A DNA stretch of 64,000 nt from an uncultured Sphingobium sp. Its GTDB lineage: Bacteria > Pseudomonadota > Alphaproteobacteria > Sphingomonadales > Sphingomonadaceae. Position 1 is the stretch's first letter; every line of letters begins with the position of its first letter. The translations under genes and the position numbers were made by a program. The notes under the pieces are model-generated. The model had not been told where the DNA came from. It was given only the letters and a program-made list of their open reading frames with translations, and did not search any database. The DNA is taken from the NCBI GenBank assembly GCA_964384275.1, contig CAYLKZ010000006.1:2598-66597 (forward strand), written 5' to 3'. Shown piece by piece: positions 59,789-64,000 of this stretch.

Positions 59789-61222
59789 CTATTCGCAGCC
59801 GCTTTGAAAGGCGGGCGGCCCGTCATCATGGGCGTCTCGATGCGCGGCGCCCATCGCCCGGATCGCCGCCACCTTGTCATACAGGGGTTGCCAGTCGTCC
59901 CGCTCGTCGATTGCCGACCAGATCGCTTCCACCTCCTCGATATGCATGGAACAGGGGTCTCCGCCGCGCCAATAGGGATGCGCAAGGCTTTGGTCCGTCG
60001 CAAGGCCGGACAGCGCTTCACGGAAGGCGGACCAGCTCTCGCCCGCATAGCGTCGTTTCGCTTCCTCCGACCGCAGCGCGCCGCCGCGCCAGTCGAAGAA
60101 GAAGCGGTCGATCATCACCCGGTCGGCCACCATCGCCTTCACGCCTTCGTGGAGCAGCACCGCCGCGCGCTCATCGCCGGGCCAGTCGATGCCGAGCCGC
60201 CAGCAGAAGCGCTGCCGCATCGCCTCGGCATAAAGATCGGGGAAGCGTTCCAGCGCGGCGATCAGCGGCTCGCTCTCCGTCAGCGCCCGCAGGGAAACGG
60301 CCAGCTGCGCGACATCCCAGTGGATCGCCTCGGCCTGACGCCCGAAGGCATAGAGGCCCTGACGGTCGAAATAGGCGGCGGTGAAGCCTGCCTCCCAATA
60401 AGGCGTGAAGCGCCATGGGCCATAATCGAAGCTCTCGCCCGTCACGTTGATATTGTCGCTGTTGAGCACGCCATGGACGAAGCCCGCGATCATGTAGCTT
60501 GCCGCAAGATCGGCGGCGCGCTCGACCACCAGGTGGAGGAGCTGCGCGGCCGGGTCGGCCTCCGGCTCGACGCGATAGAGCCGGGTCAGCGCATAATCGG
60601 TAAGCGCGCGCAGCAGTGCCTCGTCCTGCAAGGCGGCGGCGCGCTGGAAGCTGCCGATGCGGATATGCGAATGGCTCAGGCGCACCATCACCGCCGAGCG
60701 GGTGGGGGAAGGCTCGTCGCCGCGCTCCAGCGCCTCGCCGGTCTCTATGATCGAGAAAGTCTTTGACGTCGTGACGCCAAGCGCCTCCAGCATTTCGGTG
60801 GCGAGGATTTCCCGCACGCCGCCCTTCAGCGTCAGCCTCCCGTCGCCGAAGCGGCTATAAGGCGTCTGGCCCGATCCCTTGGTGCCGAGGTCCATCAGCC
60901 GGTCGTCGCCGTCGCGCATCTGGGCGAAGAGAAAGCCGCGCCCGTCGCCTATGTCGGGATTGTAAACGCGGAACTGGTGCCCGTGATAACGCAGCGCCAG
61001 CGGCTGATCGAGCGAGCCAGGCAGGGGCTTGAAGGTGCCGAAATGTTCGATCCATGCTGCATCGCCCAGATGGTCGAGGCCGACGCTCGCGGCCCAGCGA
61101 TCGTTGCGGAAGCGCAGGATATAGCGAGGAAAATCCGCCGGAGCGACGGGATCGAAGAGGTCCTGCACGCCCAGAATGTCGCGGGCGGGCGTGAATTTGG
61201 TGGCTTGCGGGGTTCGGATCAT
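59789..61222 (-). CDS. selO: Protein adenylyltransferase SelO / YdiU
   Basis: YHGHQF....GDGRG, KGSG.TPYSR.GDGR, REILATE, RIGSFQ, GFVHGVLNSDN, DYGPW. Confidence 0.9.
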   Translation of the reverse strand: MIRTPQATKFTPARDILGVQDLFDPVAPADFPRYILRFRNDRWAASVGLDHLGDAAWIEHFGTFKPLPGSLDQPLALRYHGHQFRVYNPDIGDGRGFLFAQMRDGDDRLMDLGTKGSGQTPYSRFGDGRLTLKGGVREILATEMLEALGVTTSKTFSIIETGEALERGDEPSPTRSAVMVRLSHSHIRIGSFQRAAALQDEALLRALTDYALTRLYRVEPEADPAAQLLHLVVERAADLAASYMIAGFVHGVLNSDNINVTGESFDYGPWRFTPYWEAGFTAAYFDRQGLYAFGRQAEAIHWDVAQLAVSLRALTESEPLIAALERFPDLYAEAMRQRFCWRLGIDWPGDERAAVLLHEGVKAMVADRVMIDRFFFDWRGGALRSEEAKRRYAGESWSAFREALSGLATDQSLAHPYWRGGDPCSMHIEEVEAIWSAIDERDDWQPLYDKVAAIRAMGAAHRDAHDDGPPAFQSGCE

Positions 61223-61228
61223 GCGGCA

Positions 61229-61258
61229 ATATGGGGGCATAGCGAGGGAAGGATCAAG
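61229..61258 (-). promoter_or_regulatory. Sigma32 (RpoH)-type promoter of selO, probably leaderless
   Basis: Minus strand CTTGAT-N16-CCCCATAT, then 6 nt to the ATG. Confidence 0.6.
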
Positions 61259-61259
61259 C

Positions 61260-62153
61260 GTGCTTGGGCAGAATGGCGGAAATTGGACCGATGGGTATTG
61301 GTGGTCGAATGATGGGCTGCGCCTGCATTATCGCGATTATGCTGCTCGGGCCGAACATGCTAACCGCCCGATCCTGCTCTGCCTGCCGGGGCTGACGCGC
61401 AATGCGCGCGATTTCGAGGGCTTTGCCGAACGCTATGCCGGGGAATGGCGGATCGTCTGCGCGGAAATGCGCGGCCGGGCGGAAAGCGCCTATGCCAAGG
61501 ACCCGATGACCTATGTGCCGCTCACCTATGCGCAGGATGTCGAGCGGCTGCTCGCCGACCTCGGCAATCCGCGCTTCGTCGCGGTGGGCACGTCACTCGG
61601 CGGCATCATGACGATGATCCTGGCGGCGACCCATAAGGACAGGCTGGCAGGCGCAGTGCTCAATGATATCGGGCCGCAGATCGAGCAGGCGGGGCTGGAT
61701 CGCATCCGGAGCTATGTCGGTTCGGGCGCGACCTATCCGAGCTGGGTTCAGGCGGCCCGCGCGTTGGCCCAGAATCAGGCGGGCAACTATCCCGATTATG
61801 GGCTGGAGGACTGGATCGCCATGGCCAAGCGCCTCTATCGCCTCAACAATAGCGGCCGGGTGGTGCTGGATTACGACATGCGCATCGCCGAGCCGCTGCG
61901 GGTGCCCGGCAATGAGGCGGGGGTCGATCTCTGGCCGGTGATGGCGGCTTTCCGCGCGATCCCGACGCTGATCCTGCGCGGGGAGTTGTCCGACCTGATG
62001 AGCGACGAAACCGCGCAGCGCATGAAGCGCGACATCGGCGAGGAAGCCGAACTCGTTACCGTGCCGAAGGTCGGCCATACGCCGATACTGACCGAACCTG
62101 CCGCCGTGGCGGGCCTGGATCGCCTGCTGGCGCGGGTGGCCGATCGTGGCTGA
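61260..62153 (+). CDS. Alpha/beta fold hydrolase
   Basis: DGLRLHYRDY, CLPGLTRNARDF, GTSLGG, LNDIGP, LRGELSD, VGHTP; start estimated at GTG. Confidence 0.87.
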   Translation: MLGQNGGNWTDGYWWSNDGLRLHYRDYAARAEHANRPILLCLPGLTRNARDFEGFAERYAGEWRIVCAEMRGRAESAYAKDPMTYVPLTYAQDVERLLADLGNPRFVAVGTSLGGIMTMILAATHKDRLAGAVLNDIGPQIEQAGLDRIRSYVGSGATYPSWVQAARALAQNQAGNYPDYGLEDWIAMAKRLYRLNNSGRVVLDYDMRIAEPLRVPGNEAGVDLWPVMAAFRAIPTLILRGELSDLMSDETAQRMKRDIGEEAELVTVPKVGHTPILTEPAAVAGLDRLLARVADRG

Positions 62154-63297
62154 CGGCAGGCCTTCGATCCTCCATCTCCACAGCGGCTTCAACCTTGGCG
62201 GCAAGGAGGCTCGCGCTGTCCGGTTGATGAACCTTTGGGGAGACCGCGCACGGCACAGCATCATCAGCGCCGATCCCCAAGCGCTGGGCGCGGCGAAGGA
62301 GATCGCGCCGGGTGTGAAGTGCGATTTTCCCCATGACGTGCTGCCACCGCTCCATGGTCTGCCGGGGCTGCGCCGCTATCGCGACTGGGCGCGGGCGATG
62401 CAACGCTTCGAACTGATATTGAGCTATAATTGGGGGTCCATGGATGGGGTGATGGCGCATCGGCTTTTCTCGCCCTTCATGCGCCTTCCGCCGCTCATCC
62501 ATCATGAGGATGGTTTCAACGCCGACGAGGCCGATCGGCTGAAGCCCAAGCGCAATCATTTCCGCAGGCTGGCGCTGCCCCGCGCCCATGCGCTGGTGGT
62601 GCCTTCGGAACGGTTGCGGACGATTGCCCGCTCGGTCTGGCGTCAACCGGAACGGCGGATCAGGCTGATCGCCAACGGCATAGATGTGAACGCCTATGCC
62701 ATCCCGTCTCGCGCCGACGCCATAAAGGGGCTGGTCCGCTCGCCGGGCAAGCTGCTGGTGGGGACGCTGGCGGGCCTGCGCCCGGTAAAGAACCTGCCCC
62801 GGCTGGTGCGCGCCCTCGCGCCGCTGAAAGACAGGGTGCAACTGGTGATCGTCGGCGAAGGCGAGGAGCGCGAGGCGATTCTGGCGCAGGCGCGGCAATC
62901 GGGGATGGACGACATTCATCTGCCCGGCTTCCTACCGAACCCCTCGCATTATGTCGGCCTTTTTGATATATTCGCCCTGTCGTCCGACAGCGAGCAATTC
63001 CCGATCTCGCTGGTCGAGGCGATGGCGGCAGGCGTGCCGGTGGTCTCGACCGATGTGGGCGATGTTCGCGCCATGGTAGCGGCGGACAATCGCGATTTCA
63101 TCATCCCTGCCACCGACGAGGCGGCGATAACGGCCGCTTTTGAACGCCTTGCAGGCGATGCAGCGCTGCGTGCCCGGTTGGGCGCCGCCAATCGCTCGCG
63201 GGCGCAGGCGGACTATCGCGAAGCCGACATGGTCCGCCACTATGCGCTGCTTTACGAGCAGGCAATGGGCCGTCCCGGCGCCCTTTCGGGCAAATGA
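62146..63297 (+). CDS. Glycosyltransferase family 4 (GT-B)
   Basis: GGKE, IANGID, LRPVKN, IVGEG, SSDSEQFPISLVEAMAAG.PVV.TDVG (EX7E motif); overlaps the upstream hydrolase. Confidence 0.9.
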   Translation: MADGRPSILHLHSGFNLGGKEARAVRLMNLWGDRARHSIISADPQALGAAKEIAPGVKCDFPHDVLPPLHGLPGLRRYRDWARAMQRFELILSYNWGSMDGVMAHRLFSPFMRLPPLIHHEDGFNADEADRLKPKRNHFRRLALPRAHALVVPSERLRTIARSVWRQPERRIRLIANGIDVNAYAIPSRADAIKGLVRSPGKLLVGTLAGLRPVKNLPRLVRALAPLKDRVQLVIVGEGEEREAILAQARQSGMDDIHLPGFLPNPSHYVGLFDIFALSSDSEQFPISLVEAMAAGVPVVSTDVGDVRAMVAADNRDFIIPATDEAAITAAFERLAGDAALRARLGAANRSRAQADYREADMVRHYALLYEQAMGRPGALSGK

Positions 63298-63397
63298 GAC
63301 GCCCCCTGCGCATGAGGTGGATATTTTCCATGCGCCGCGCTGAAAACTTGCTATAGGCGGCGATTAACGCGGGTCGTTAAGACTGTTAGGAGTGCAA

Positions 63398-64000
63398 ATG
63401 ACGTTCAAGGGGGTCAAGCCCATCAACTATGGCGGTCGCGAAGTCTGGCCGCTGGTGGAGGGTGGAAAGGGGGTCGCGGTTTCCAACCACGCCAGTTCCG
63501 GCGCATGGGCGGCGGCCGGCGGGATCGGCACCATTTCGGCGGTCAATGCCGACAGCTATGACGCCTATGGCAACCCCATTCCGCAGACCTATTCCGGCCG
63601 CACCCGGCGCGACCGCCATGAGGAACTCGTCGCCTATGGCATCGAGGGCGCCGTCGAGCAGGTGAAGCGCGCGTTCGAGATTTCCGGTGGCAAGGGCGCG
63701 ATCAACATCAACGTGCTCTGGGAAATGGGCGGCGCGCAGCGTGTGCTGCATGGCGTGCTGGAACGCACCCGCGGCATGGTGACGGGCGTGACCTGCGGCG
63801 CGGGCATGCCTTACAAGCTGTCCGAGATCGCCGCGCATTATGGCGTGCATTATCTCCCCATCGTCAGCTCCGGCCGTGCCTTCCGCGCGCTCTGGAAGCG
63901 CGCCTATTCCAAGGCGGCGGAATGGCTGGCGGCGGTGGTTTACGAAGATCCGTGGCTGGCGGGCGGCCATAACGGCCTCTCCAACGCCGAAGATCCGCTG
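63398..64000 (+). CDS. Nitronate monooxygenase-family flavin oxidoreductase, runs off the right edge of the window
   Basis: Not in the ORF track. Manual translation MTFKGVKPINYGGREVWPLVEGGKGVAVS...GGIGTIS...VTCGAGMP...PIVSS.RA...YEDPWLAGGHNG; AGGAG RBS. Confidence 0.85.
   Translation, partial: MTFKGVKPINYGGREVWPLVEGGKGVAVSNHASSGAWAAAGGIGTISAVNADSYDAYGNPIPQTYSGRTRRDRHEELVAYGIEGAVEQVKRAFEISGGKGAININVLWEMGGAQRVLHGVLERTRGMVTGVTCGAGMPYKLSEIAAHYGVHYLPIVSSGRAFRALWKRAYSKAAEWLAAVVYEDPWLAGGHNGLSNAEDPL

Noticed and set aside
63364-63380. Possible CtrA box
   Set aside because: The spacing is TTAA-N9-TTAA, not N7. Kept only as a generic palindrome.

Overview
High-GC alphaproteobacterial chromosomal window, most likely a sphingomonad (Sphingobium/Sphingomonas-like). 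This is inferred from gene order, the DivL pseudokinase and a bamA-skp-fabZ cluster lacking the lpx genes. It is almost entirely core housekeeping DNA: a Kdo operon (kdsD-kdsB-kdsA), two exported peptidases around asd, the ahcY-divL-tsaE-amgK-murU-addB-addA-trxA block, argJ, secA, icd, psd-pssA, the rpsB-tsf-pyrH-frr-uppS-cdsA-dxr-rseP-bamA-skp-fabZ-rpmE cluster, a UPF0262-GH25-cdd-dcd operon, dnaB, a CysJ-less sulfate reduction operon, selO-astD and a glycosyltransferase. I saw no rRNA, tRNA, CRISPR array, integrase or transposase. The best candidate for something undescribed is a small single-TM gene (37879-38130, minus strand) under a TTGACA promoter with an exact alphaproteobacterial LexA box over its -10, a possible SOS-induced division inhibitor. 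Other notable items are a catalytically degenerate membrane-anchored GH25 muramidase, Kdo synthesis without adjacent lipid A genes, a protein with three C-x15-C TonB_C-like repeats, a Cys-bracketed Ser/Thr insertion in a BamA surface loop, a leaderless sigma32-type selO-astD unit and a mini-ORF bridging dxr and rseP. All family calls come from motif recognition by eye; no database searches were run.
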